From assembly GCA_030704615.1 (NCBI GenBank), contig CM060732.1:1984001-2048000 (forward strand): DNA of 64,000 nucleotides, read 5' to 3'. The stretch comes from Takakia lepidozioides. Taxonomy: Eukaryota > Plantae > Bryophyta. Shown here in pieces: positions 49,301 to 60,541 of this stretch. The notes beneath the pieces are model-generated. The model was not told the DNA's origin. It worked only from the letters and a program-made list of their open reading frames with translations, and searched no databases. Each line of letters opens with the position of its first letter. Within the stretch, counting starts at the first letter, position 1. Made by a program: the position numbers and the translations under genes.

Positions 49301-52101
49301 TACTCATCGATGGAGGATCCGGAGTGAATATCATGACAGAAAAGATGAAGAAGTCATTAGGATTGGGGCACATGGAACCTGCTCCATTCACGATACGAAT
49401 GGCTGATCAACAAAAAGTACAACCATTGGGGATCATCAGACGACTTGCAATGGAAGTAGCAGGACTGGTATACGAAATATCAGTAACCATTCTCAGAATG
49501 GAGGATGTGGCAGAGGGATATTCACTACTACTTGGTCAACCATGGTTAACACAAGCCCAATCACACCACGATTGGGGAAGTCAGACTCTCACAATCAAAA
49601 AGAGAGTAGAACAAGTCACCATCACGACGGGGAATACTGTGAATATAGTGGGGCCAGTAGCAGGGAGTGCTCAGGGGCCACCACTTGGTGGAAGCTCCAC
49701 ACGAGTACTTATAACTCTGCAGAATGTCTTGCCAACAGCATTGAGGAGCGTGATGCCACGGTAGTTCCCCGGTTCTTCTCTGTCACCCTTCTTGTATAGA
49801 TTGACAATGACCCCCTGTCGCCAGCGAAAGGGGATCATTTCAGTTTTCCAGATAAGGTTAAAGAGGAGAACTAGGGCCTCTATCATGGGATCGCCACCGT
49901 GCTTGATAAGCTCGTTGACAATACCATCAGGTCCACCAGCTTTATATCCATTTAAATGTTCAATTGCTTCCACAATCTCAGAAGAACTAATGGGAGCGTT
50001 ATAAGCCATTGAAATATACTCCAGTTCATCAAGGCTGTTTTGAATCATAGGAACAGTTTTTCCAACTGTGTCCCTCCATTCAGCAGAAGACCCCTCACTG
50101 TTAGACCTAGAAGTTCTGCCAAGGATACTGTAGTGAGTTTCAAAGGTTTTGACAATGTCAACCGATGAAGTCACCACTGCACCCTTAGTAGTCTTCAGCG
50201 CTTGTACTTGCTGACCATTTTTCAGCTTGTACAAACGTTGAAGGGCCAACCAGAATTTCTTGTCATTACCACCATGGTGGTTTGAGTTTATTTCACTGTA
50301 TAACTTGTCCCAGTATAATTTCTTCTGAGACCTAACAAGCTGATTGATATCTTTACGGAGCTGGTAGTACCTCGCCCACAATTCTCTGTTGGTTTTCAAA
50401 TTACAGCACTCTTTATAGAGGGCTCGTCTCTCAGCTATCTTGAGTTTGATCTCATTGGTCCACCAATTAACAGCTCTACCGCAGACAATTAGTTTCCTCC
50501 CAATGATCTTGTCAGCCACGGAGGAAACGAAACTCTCCCCAAGAGTCCACTGCTCTTTCGACTTCCTTTCTTGCGTTGTCAGAGCGAGACTGAAGTTCTT
50601 GGAGTGATTGGACAAAATGAGGGAGAGCCTCTTGCAAGGCCTGGACGTACTCAGCCTTGACCTCCTCATTATGGAATTTTTCTATGCGCCACTTCCGAAT
50701 CGAACGTTTCACAGATCTCTTGGTGTTGGGAAAACACCTTTTGATCTCAGTCCAAACCAGGAAGTGGTCAGAGGTACCAATATCAGTTCTGTCGATCAAC
50801 ACATTGGCACACTGGGGAAACAAATTTTTGTCCATTATGATATAGTCCACAATGGAACGTTCCCCAGTTTGGGATTTCTCACGAGTCCACTGCACTTGGT
50901 CACCTCTTGTCCTGTTATTCAAGGTCAAAAGCTGAAGCTCTTCCAGACAGTTAATTAGCCGTCTGCCATTAGAATTCAGCTCGTCCTCACCAAAAGGCCC
51001 AATGATATCGTCCTGATGGAGCCCTTTGCCCACCCGGGCATTGAAGTCACCCAATAGCACTACCTGACCTTTGGCAAGGAACAAAGCACAGTCCAGCTTT
51101 ACATCTTCGAAGGCTTTGTCTGCGTCAGCACTAAGGGTCCCCTCTGTGGGCATGTAAACACAACCCACAAAGAGGTCCTTCGTACTCATGCCGCCCTTCA
51201 GATTCAGTTTTAGCCAGATACTATGCTCGTACCTCAAACCCTTGTTGATAATTTCACAATTGTCAAACAAGAAATCACGGACAAAGAATCCAACCCCTTT
51301 TTGACCGCGTTTGGCAGAGGCTGCCTTGAGAGTACACATCTTACCTGCCCATTTAATACCATTGACATCTCCAACCAGTTTATTGCCCAGCACAGATATG
51401 AATATCATTAGTCCGAAGAACTTGTCCCACTTCGAGTTGTTTCCTTTGGTTAGTAAGCCCTGAGAAGGTGAAAGTGGCCAGCCGCAAGCCAGCCCTTTGC
51501 ATGTGAATTGTTTGTCATCTAGGTAGCTTGTGATTGCTCCTGGACGGCCAACCGTTCTGCAAAGGGGGGACAGTTACCCCATGTGTAGATTTTGCTCGTC
51601 TTGTGTAAACTTTGAGAATTGATAAACCATTCAGGGTACCAAATCCTTCAGTTACACGACGCACAGGCTCCGCACACTTAGGGGCATATTGTCCGTCAGA
51701 CTGCTTGGGGACAATTACCCCGTGAGAGAGAGAGAGAGAGAGAGATTGTACTCATAAGACGTTGTTTGCCGTAGCCTTGTGGCCATTGACCCCGCGCCCA
51801 GTTTGAGCGGGAACAAAAGGGACAGAACCTACCTCTGTCAGGGGCTGACGTTGGTAGTAAGACTTACCTCCATATAAAGAATTAATCCGGGTTTTCCAGA
51901 TATCCTCTAGAAATCCCTTCACACAAGCATCAATCTGCTGTGTGTGATTTGCCCAAAAACTAGGCCTCAGGAGGGCCTGGGCTTTTGGCTCAGCCTCGAG
52001 ACTTTCAAAGTTGGTAAACAGGGGTACAGGCACAATTCCCTTGATAGATTTGAAGAGAGCGTCTCTTTGGTGAGAGAACCCCGGACAGTGTATCAGAAAA
52101 T

Positions 52102-52158
<57 letters not shown>

Positions 52159-55100
52159 AGAACTTTTATGTTCCGGACTGTTGTTAGTTGACGAGGGATG
52201 CCACCAGTCAACTGGTTATTGTTGAGGCGTCTATCACACAGAGAAACATCCCACAACTGAAAAGTCAGTCCAATGCGCCGTCCATCAAGGGTTGAGCTAC
52301 TAGACAGTAAGGATGTTCAAGTGATGCACATGTAGGCTGCTCAAAAGCCTGATGGAAGATGGAAACCCCTGCAGTGTCGTGTCCCCTCACTTCTCACCAA
52401 GACTGTCAGTTTCAGCAGTCTACTCAGATGCACATAGCATAGGCAGAAAGAAACCTCAACAAATTTGATTTCAAAAAGGTGGAAAGGGAAAGAAGGAGGT
52501 TATTCATATCCACAGAATGTACGACATTGTTTGCTGTGGCCTTGTGGCCATAGACCCTAGGCCCAGCTTGGGCGGAACAAGCAACAACTAGGCCCCAAAA
52601 GAGCCTGGGTTTTTGGCTCAGCCTCGAGACTTTCAAAGTTGGTAAACGGAGGTACAGGCACAATTCCCTTGATAGATTTGAGGAGAGCGTCTCTCTGGTG
52701 AGAGAACCCCGGACAATGAATCAGGAAACGAATGTTGTCTTCAGGTTGCCCTCACAATGGGCAGGCCCCAAAAGGGCCTGGGCTTTTGGCTCAGCCTCGA
52801 GACTTTCAAAGTTGGTAAACAGAGGTACAGGCACAATTCCCTTGATAGATTTGAGGAGAGCGTCTCTCTGGTGAGAGAACCCCGGACAGTGAATCAGAAA
52901 ATGAATATTGTCTTCAGGTTGCCCACACACCGGGCAATTGCACTCTCCCTTTCCTCTCTGCTTCTGTTTGCTGTTCAAAGGTAGGCTTCCCGCCCTGAGT
53001 TTAAATTTCAGTCTAGTGCCGAAAGTGGGTAGACCCTTGAGGTCATCCATGATGTCCTCCCCCATGTCACAGACTGGAAACAAGTTCAGGGAAGTTTTCT
53101 GCCTAACTTCATTTAGAGAGAGAGAGAGAGAGAGGAGAAGAAGAGGAAGAACAAAGTGGAGTCATTACATCCCTACAGGACCTGGTAGGTCCAAACACAA
53201 AGAGGTGGGGAGGGAGGGGGGAAGGGCAGACTTACAAGAACGAAAGGGAAGAAAGGCTCCCAAGAGAGGTGGGAATAGAGCCAGTGAAGTTGTTGTGGTA
53301 CAGGTCCAGGCTCACCAATGACTTCAAATCATTTTCATACAACACAAGAAACCTAATAACATGTCAGAAAGCGATGTAGCATCATCCCCCAACTTACGTC
53401 ACACACTTAATGTAGGTGTGTGTCCTACTTACATTCCCTCCCTGATCACCCCCTAGCTATGAAAGAACACTCACTGTCAAGGCAGGACTTTAACCCTGTC
53501 CCATTACGAACACACATAACTCACACAAACCGTACACCATTGCAGAGAGAGTTTCATGTGGTACATTTCCTGTCTTGAAAGCTTACCTTCAATTTCCCCA
53601 GCTCAGCTGGTATGTGCCCACTAATGCTGTTCTTGTACAGTTCCCTGCCCATTTCAATCCCCCCGTGATCCATTCATAAATTGATTATGCAATGGGAATG
53701 TCACACCTCTCACAACCACACTTTGATCAAGCCTTGTAAAGTTTAGAGAGTAAACAAAGTTAACACAGAAAGCTGAAAGAGTCAGCCTTCGAGTACGTAC
53801 AGATACTGCAGATTCTGGAGATTCCCAAGTTCAGGCACCAATGAGCCTGCCAACCGTGCATTCCCAAGATCCCTGCAATTGCCAATAGGATGCCCCTTTA
53901 GTAAGGAGTCAGAGAGGAATATAATCCCACTGACCTTGGGATGATAGGATTTAACTCATGATGACACACAACTCTTTAAAGAGGGGCAGGCTCTCCTTAT
54001 ATAGCTTGCCATTGCTTTGTATGCCTAGCAATGCAGCAGGTTTAGAAAGGAGCTGTGAAGATGAGAGAGAATGTACTCATAAGATGTTGTTTGCAGTAGC
54101 CTTGTGGCCATAGACCCCACACCCAGTTTGGGCGGAACAGCACATGAGGAGAGAGAGAGAGAGGAGGGACAGAGGCAGAGAGCGTACACACGAATGACCC
54201 GGTTATTGTTGTCGCAGGTGACATGGAACCAAGTGCATGGGTTGACCAGTGTCGGGTCCCAGCTCTGGAGCACATTTGATGGATCCTTCAAGCTCCGCCG
54301 CAGGGCGTACAATGCATCACCTGTGATACGCTTCCAATGAGAAGAACAGACAACATGAATGCCCTCCATGCTGATTTTTTAGATCAACTGGATTCACAAA
54401 GGCCGTTTTGCAAAGAGCTTACATATTCCCTCTTTCTCTCCCCACACCAATAGCATTGGTTAGAAGGGACTTCCGATTTCCTAATTCACCCTCCATCTTT
54501 TAACTCTCCCTCTTTCTCTCTCTCTACAGTTGTTCCGCCCAAACTGGAAGCGGGGTCTATGGCCAAAAGGCTTCGGCATACAACGTCTCATAAATACATT
54601 CTCTCTCTACAGTGTTTTCTCACTTGACTTCCAGGGAATTCACAGCTACATGTGTCACATCTTTACCACGTAGAAGGCTGCAGTGGCAGTGGTAGAATAA
54701 TGTCAATGCCAGCCCTTAAATCGACCCCCAATTCCCTTCATCAAATTGTTATCGGTAGTGCAAAAGCGCTGTGGCAATTTTGGGGCGAGTTTAACCCTGG
54801 AAACCAGATGAACAGCTTCCAGAGGGGTTTGTACCCAGGGGATATGTGACTTCACGAGCTATAGAGATTTAATTAACGATGCATGATGATCAAGGTCAGT
54901 GCATTCACGAACGGTCAATGCGAACACTAGTCTCTCGTGCAGGGGACAGAGAGACAGCCTATAAATTAAAAAGAGAGAGAGCGAGAGAGACACGATGCAA
55001 TCCATCAAATCTTTCGAGACTACCATAGAAAGAATGCAATTTTGTGCAATAGTGCGGCCATGCTGTTTCTTACAGCATCAAATGAGAAGGAACCACTGTC

Positions 55101-55294
55101 CAAACCCACAGTTTTAGCTCAAAAACCCACATGACAAAACAGAACCTTTAGCAGAGACACAGCTGGAAGGGAAAGAGGTACCCACCCTCCGAGTTAGCAA
55201 GAGAACCAGGCAGAAGCGCCCATATCGCCACCACCACTGCTGCAAAGGCCTGTTGTCCTCTAAACCTGATGGCGGGAGAGAGAGACCCCCCCAT
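34647..55294 (-). CDS. LRR1: Secreted leucine-rich repeat protein of LRR1/LRP type (SERK-like ectodomain, no TM or kinase), 8 exons, 224 aa
   Basis: Exons 55294-55186, 54320-54188, 53872-53801, 53644-53587, 53321-53236, 52230-52159, 39881-39810 and 34719-34647, all GT-AG, 675 nt in frame. Signal peptide, then [40 protein letters not shown], LRRs, [12 protein letters not shown] and [13 protein letters not shown]. Confidence 0.93.
34776..39590 (+). mobile_element. Full-length APE-RT LINE (family A) in LRR intron 7, antisense to the host gene, frameshifted
   Basis: APE motifs [26 protein letters not shown]; RT motifs [40 protein letters not shown]; C-terminal CPLC...HFLIHC. The 5' end is shared with the copy at 45933. 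TC repeats at both junctions. Confidence 0.95.
35565..35965 (+). repeat. 141-bp (47-aa) coding tandem repeat, about 3 copies, upstream of the LINE endonuclease
   Basis: GTAC(T/C)CTGAATGGTTTACCAAT recurs at 35611, 35750 and 35891. Unit: [47 protein letters not shown]. Confidence 0.9.
40756..41780 (-). mobile_element. Second, distinct LINE (family B, RTEX-like) RT C-terminal fragment
   Basis: [27 protein letters not shown] and [17 protein letters not shown]. Clearly divergent from family A. Confidence 0.8.
44111..45894 (+). CDS. Uninterrupted RT and C-terminal half of a family-A LINE ORF (inverted segment)
   Basis: Open frame from VDLESRG to ...[10 protein letters not shown]. It continues the minus-strand frame that ends at 49698. 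Confidence 0.85.
49220..49697 (+). mobile_element. Isolated Ty3/Gypsy aspartic-protease fragment (unrelated family)
   Basis: [12 protein letters not shown]...IRMADQ...[10 protein letters not shown]. No LTR or other pol domains nearby. Confidence 0.8.
52515..53112 (-). mobile_element. Rearranged 3' fragments of family-A LINE in LRR intron 5
   Basis: Matches about 39025-39580 with an internal duplication. Starts next to the (GA)n tract at 53116-53132. Confidence 0.85.
54070..54140 (-). mobile_element. About 70-nt LINE 3'-end copy in LRR intron 2
   Basis: Reverse complement reads TGTTCCGCCCAAACTGGGTGTGGGGTCTATGGCCACAAGGCTAC...TTATGAGTACATT. GA tracts on both sides. Confidence 0.85.
54531..54599 (+). 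mobile_element. 69-nt LINE 3'-end copy with a 14-bp target-site duplication, LRR intron 1
   Basis: TCTCTCTCTACAGT occurs at both 54517-54530 and 54600-54613. Confidence 0.9.
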
Positions 55295-55606
55295 ATCGCC
55301 ACCTACTCTGGAAAACGGAGAAAGCTGCAACTTGATCCCGGTGTGCCCGTGTAGAGAGAGAGAGAGAGGGAGGAGCGAGGGAACAAGCTCGTCGGTAAGT
55401 TGTCAGTTCGTAGGTTTTTTTGTTTTTTTTTTTTTTCTAAAGTTAGTTATTAGGGTCTTGGGTCTTCGTTCTTTCCTGAAGATGCAATTTCCCTTGGGTA
55501 CGAGGGAAGACAATCGATATATGAAGCCAGCGAGTTTGTTGGAACTTGGCTATGTCCCGCAAGGGATAGATAGGGAATTCCAAAAAGGCCTTGACGTGAA
55601 ATGCAT

Positions 55607-55792
55607 CGCAATTCACTTGATCAGTGCGCAATTCAATTGAATTGCAAGCGCAATTCAATTGAACTAACCCTAATTTGCAATTCAATTGAATTGTCGGCAC
55701 ACGATTCGATTGAATTGCGATTTGGCAATTCAATTGATTTGTCAACTCGTAATTCAATTGAATTGCTGACTACAATTCAATTGAATTGTAAT
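55607..55792. repeat. Array of about 8 palindromic CAATTCAATTGAATTG motifs with short variable spacers
   Basis: Units near 55609, 55629, 55651, 55678, 55702, 55726, 55750 and 55773. Period about 20-27 bp. Confidence 0.9.
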
Positions 55793-56596
55793 CTATAATT
55801 TTTAACTTATTTTTGTATATAATATATTATCATGTATATGTATATGTATATGTATCGTATACATATATACATACGAAAGTATAAGCTGAATATACATGCT
55901 GCCCGTCTATTCCTGCTGCCCATCCATCTTTGCTTGTGGTAAGGCCTAAGTCACGAGATGAGTCGCGTAGCCTAAAGGAGAGAGATGAGAGAGAGAGAGT
56001 ACGAGAGCGAGGGAAATGGAGAGAGAAATGAAGTGATGAAGGCTTTTTAGGGCAGAGGTGCCCTAAAAGTGAAAGGATCAAATCAGTTAGAGACGAGAAG
56101 TAGCGAGAGAAGAATGCAACAACAAGAGATTTGTGGAGCGGTGGTGGCGCTATGTATGATGGAAGCCTTCTTGGATCACCAAATGACAAGATCTGCCCAT
56201 GAGTAAGCACATTCCCATACTGGCATGAGTTCCCCCAATCATTGATAAAGATATCATTTTAGCTAAAGTTGTACTTCTTATGTACGTGCAGGTGACTCAT
56301 GAGCTTTGAGGAGAGAACTTTAGGGGTAGTAGAGTGGGTTACCAAACGCTCCTCAACACACACACTGAAAGAAAGAGCTTGATCACATGGTTTGTCTTCA
56401 ACCCGCCCACACTGTGTACTGTGGTTTGCTAATACATTTTAGGATAGAGTAGTTGTTGTTTCAAAGTACATTTGGTTCATCTACTTGATAGCCTATGTGA
56501 ACTTTAGTGACGTAAGTCCTATGGGGAATGTGTGAGTGGATGCAGTGACTACAGAATTAACAGCAAACAATTACAACAAGGGCAAGGTCGAAGGCA

Positions 56597-58320
56597 TTGA
56601 CACTGGGGCTATTAAGCAGAGATAAGACAGATCATGTGATGGAAAACAACCATTTGGATGGTGACAAAGTAGTGGATGATTTAGTACTTTATGTGGAAGC
56701 AATGTTGAAGGAGGGTGCCACAATGAAATCAATCGCCACTGCCCTTTCTTTTGATGATGTACGACCATTGAGAAGATTGCTATCAGAAGTCCAAGGGTCT
56801 CCTTTCAAAGTTCATCATCAATTGAGTGTCCAACGCTTGTGTGAAAAGATTCAAGAGTTACTTCCTATTGAAGAGAATGGGACAAATTGGGGAATGAGAA
56901 CAGTGCAATTTGCCTTAAGGAGGTCAAATTGGCGGATTCCTCGAAGGAAGGTGGGGGAAGCTTTGAAAATCATCTCACCCTACCATTATGAGCGTAGGAG
57001 AAGGGCACAGGCAATTCGGAGGACTCACAATGCCTATGGCTCTATGGCACATTGACTGTAAGTATTTTATCTCATGCATCTTAATGTTCTTTGAAGATGC
57101 ACATGCAAGACGTTTTCTTGCATTACATATCGCACAAAATTGTAGGCAAACTAAAACATGTATGCAATTCGTGGTGCAGCTTATGACAAATTGGTTATGT
57201 TTGGTCTTCGAATACATGCTGGCATTGATGGGGCCTCTCATTTTGTTTTATGGGCAAACGTTGCAAGAAACAAGAAAGAAAAAACCATTTTCAAAGGATA
57301 TCACGATGCAGTTTCCAAGTTTGGAGCACCTTTACGAATTTGATCTGATTTTGCAGTAGAGCACTCTCTTATAAAACAACACATTGAAGCCACACGTTCT
57401 GAAACACCCAATCCGTACTTGACTGGGTCTTCCACACACAATCAGGTTAGTGTTCTATACAATTCTATCTTGCATATCAACTTTACGTTTCTGTCATATT
57501 TCTTGGTTCATCTTTATTAATCATTGAGTGTGTAATGTTGTGCATATTTCTAATATTTTGTGTGGTGTAATCACCACGTTAGAGGATTGAACACTTTTGG
57601 CGGCATCTATGGGAGAATGTAATGTTCTACTACAAAAATTGCTTCCAAGCAATGGTCAATGATGGATTATTGGATATGGACGATCCGTGGCAACGAGAAT
57701 CTTTTATTGACGTATATATGCCCATAGTACAAGAAGCTGTTGATGAATACATGAAGATTTGGAATGGACATCGAGTTCGCACGATTAATGAAAACGGTCG
57801 ATATCGTCGATCACATGTTCCTGCTCGTTTCTTTCGCGAGTATGAACGTTTGCATGGGTAAGCTCATGGTTTTCTCTTGTTTGTACTTTCATTCTTAAGC
57901 TACAATTTACATTGGAATGTTATTATAATGTGGTGATGTGTTTGATCATGTAGATGGACCAGCCACCTTATTGATGACCCACGATTTAGGGAAGACCCCC
58001 AACACATTGGTAACCAAGACTTGGGGCCTCGTGGGAATCAAAGGTGGCGATGTGCAGGTGGTTTGCATGACCTTCCCACCAAAGGAGCTGAACTCATTCC
58101 TGACATGGTTCGTGTCCGTGCACAAGCTTATGAAATTGGAAAGGTTGGGAAGGATTCGATCTCTTGTTTTCATCTCCACTACAACATGTCTCGGTATTGT
58201 GGTTTGGCAACGCATGAACATAGATATTTTGATCAATTGGACCTCATTGGTAATACCGTGTTAAGTAGGGAAGCTCTCCAACTTTTAATTACACAAGCTC
58301 TTGTATGTAATTGTGATTAA
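56597..58320 (+). pseudogene. Intron-containing rve-like DDE transposase (IS3EU-like), inactivated
   Basis: NWGMRTVQFALR; LWHID|SYDKL...IHAGIDGASH; PLRI*SD; TGSSTHNQ|RIEHFW; WNGH. Introns 57058-57179, 57446-57582 and 57858-57953. Frameshift near 57030 and TGA at 57341. The superfamily assignment is from memory of motif patterns. Confidence 0.8.
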
Positions 58321-58979
58321 GTGAATAAGTGGGACAATCACATTCAAAGATAATTGTTTTATGTCACGTACTTTGAGGATTTCTGTTAAATAAACGATCT
58401 CTGGAGGGTTGTGAAATTGTTGGGTTTCATTGGGAAGTGCACAGCGTGAGGCTCATGAGGCCGCCTTTTATCTCCAACAATCTTTGTCTGCCCCACATAT
58501 GAGACAATGATGACCAACTTGCCTCATTTTCAAGAACCCTCTATTCATAATCTAACAATTTTGCATACAGTAATAAAAATCTGAATATACACTCATGGAG
58601 ACACGAATATTCAACCAGGACTTATAGCTGCACCCTTGTCTCTTATATGCCATGTAGCTTGAGTTTCAAATCTGATAAATTGTATTCTGTTGATTGGAGT
58701 CATGGTTTCTCCAACTGCTGTATAGCTTCCATAGCCACCGAGAGGTCTATCTCTCCAGGTTCTGGATCACTCATGTAGCCTATACAACCACATAGTAGAA
58801 TTTTTTTGCTTCCATGTAACATTTGTTTTTCTCACATAAGTGGTCAACAACCTTACACTTGGCATGATGATGATAGGTATGACAGGTATGATGATGAATG
58901 GTATCACTTGGCATGATAGGTTAGGAGTCTACTTTGAGATGCCCAAGTCAAGTTTCAACCTCTACTGAATGGACGCCCT

Positions 58980-59740
58980 TTGCGCAGGTGTAGCGATATA
59001 GCGCTTGATTACAACGGAACTTAGTTAGTTTTGGTAAATTAGTCTATATGCAGGTAGAGGTATCGTCATTGGGTACTAGCCCTGTTTGGTATACTCACAG
59101 AGGTACACCGCTTGATTCCAAAGAAACTTAGTCAAAACTAGACTATATGTAGGTAAGGGTATCGTTATGAGGTAGTTTCCATGTTTGGTATACCTACAAA
59201 GGTATAGCGTTTGATTTACAAATAAATTTGATGTCAAAAACAGTGTATATTTATGTAGAGATATTGTCATGAGGTAGTAGCCCTGATTAGTATACCGACA
59301 GAGGTATAACACTTCATTGACAAAGAAACTTAGTTATATATACTAGTAGAGGTATCGTCATTAGGTTGTAGCCCTGTTTGATATATCTACAGAGGTATAG
59401 TATTTCATTTTACAAGAAAAGTTGGCCAAATTAATCTATATTTATGCGGAGGTATCGTCATGAGACAGTAGCCCTGTTTAATATACCACCAGAGGTATAG
59501 CGCCTGACTTACAAAGAAACTTGGTCAAATCAGCCTATATGCAGGTTGAGGTATCGTTATGAGGTAGTTGCCCTGTTTAGTATACCTACAGAGGTATAAC
59601 GCATGATAGCCAAAGAAACTCAAGATAAATCAGACTGTATTCATGTAGAGTATCGTTAAGAGGTAATAGTCATGTTTGGTTTACCTACAGAGATATAGTG
59701 TCTGGAAGACAAAGAAACCTAAGATAATTCAGTCTATATG
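58980..59740. repeat. Tandem repeat of about 99 bp, about 8 diverged copies
   Basis: GAGGTATCGT(C/T)ATGAGGTAGTAGCCCTGTTTGGTATACCTACAGAGGTATAG recurs near 59078, 59176, 59279, 59370, 59470, 59569 and 59668. Confidence 0.9.
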
Positions 59741-60541
59741 CCCCTGGTCGCAGCTGAAAAAATGACTTCCCGCACAGCAAAAGCTCAGACATATCTGCAT
59801 AAGACCATAGGAGTGCCCAAATTAGTGAACACATGTTACCTTACCCACTTTCTTATTGCCAATTGTGTAATGCTGTGGATGTTTCTAAACCTTAATATGG
59901 CATTGGATAAACCCTAAAACATGTGTGAGATTTCACTAGCTTTCAAGGACAACAACAGGGCATGACCAATGGATCAAAGAAGACAATCTTGAACTGTGAT
60001 ACTTCTCATGTTTTGATATTTACAATGTAATAATGTCTTGAAGCTTTACAGAAATCATACGGCAGGTGGGCCTCTCTCCCACCCTCTCCCCCAAGACTAA
60101 AACATATTAGAGCACTTCATACAGCGCATAAGAAAGTAAAACTAGCTAGTAAACATTTTATAGTAGAGTACTCCACTTACCATATTAAATATGCAGTATA
60201 GCAGCATTCCATTAATGGGTGCAAGAAGATAGGGGACCGCAACTATACCTCACTGTCAAAATCCTCATCCATTGATGACGTCTGTGCAAAAGTCACCAAC
60301 AGCTGGAAATGTAACAACCGACAACAAAAATGGATTCCCATCCTTGGGCCACAACCAGATGGCACCTCTCCAAAGCCAACACAAACAAAAAGGGGCCAAC
60401 GACACTTGCCCCAATGTAACACTTAACATTCAACCAGATGTCACACTCACAGTACCACTCCAAGAGCATTTCAATTATCTATGATACCACAAAATCAACC
60501 CCTCTGTTTGAGCCATGACTCACACCCTTCACCTCCACATG

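Larger units (their letters stand above)
40300..52152 (-). mobile_element. Head-to-tail array of family-A LINE copies separated by (TC)n, filling LRR intron 6 and rearranged by two inversions
   Basis: Segments 52105-51745, 51723-49698, 44111-45900, 45930-49145, 44110-43915, 43905-43340, 43311-41780 and 40755-40320. GA/TC tracts at 52106-52152, 51724-51744, 45901-45929, 43906-43914 and 43312-43339. Confidence 0.9.

Noticed and set aside
34647-55294. SERK/BAK1 receptor kinase
   Set aside because: The frame stops shortly after SFENNPRL, with no SPP, transmembrane or kinase exons.
55607-55792. CRISPR-like repeat/spacer array
   Set aside because: Repeats are 16 bp and spacers about 4-11 bp, far too short. 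The context is eukaryotic and there are no cas genes.
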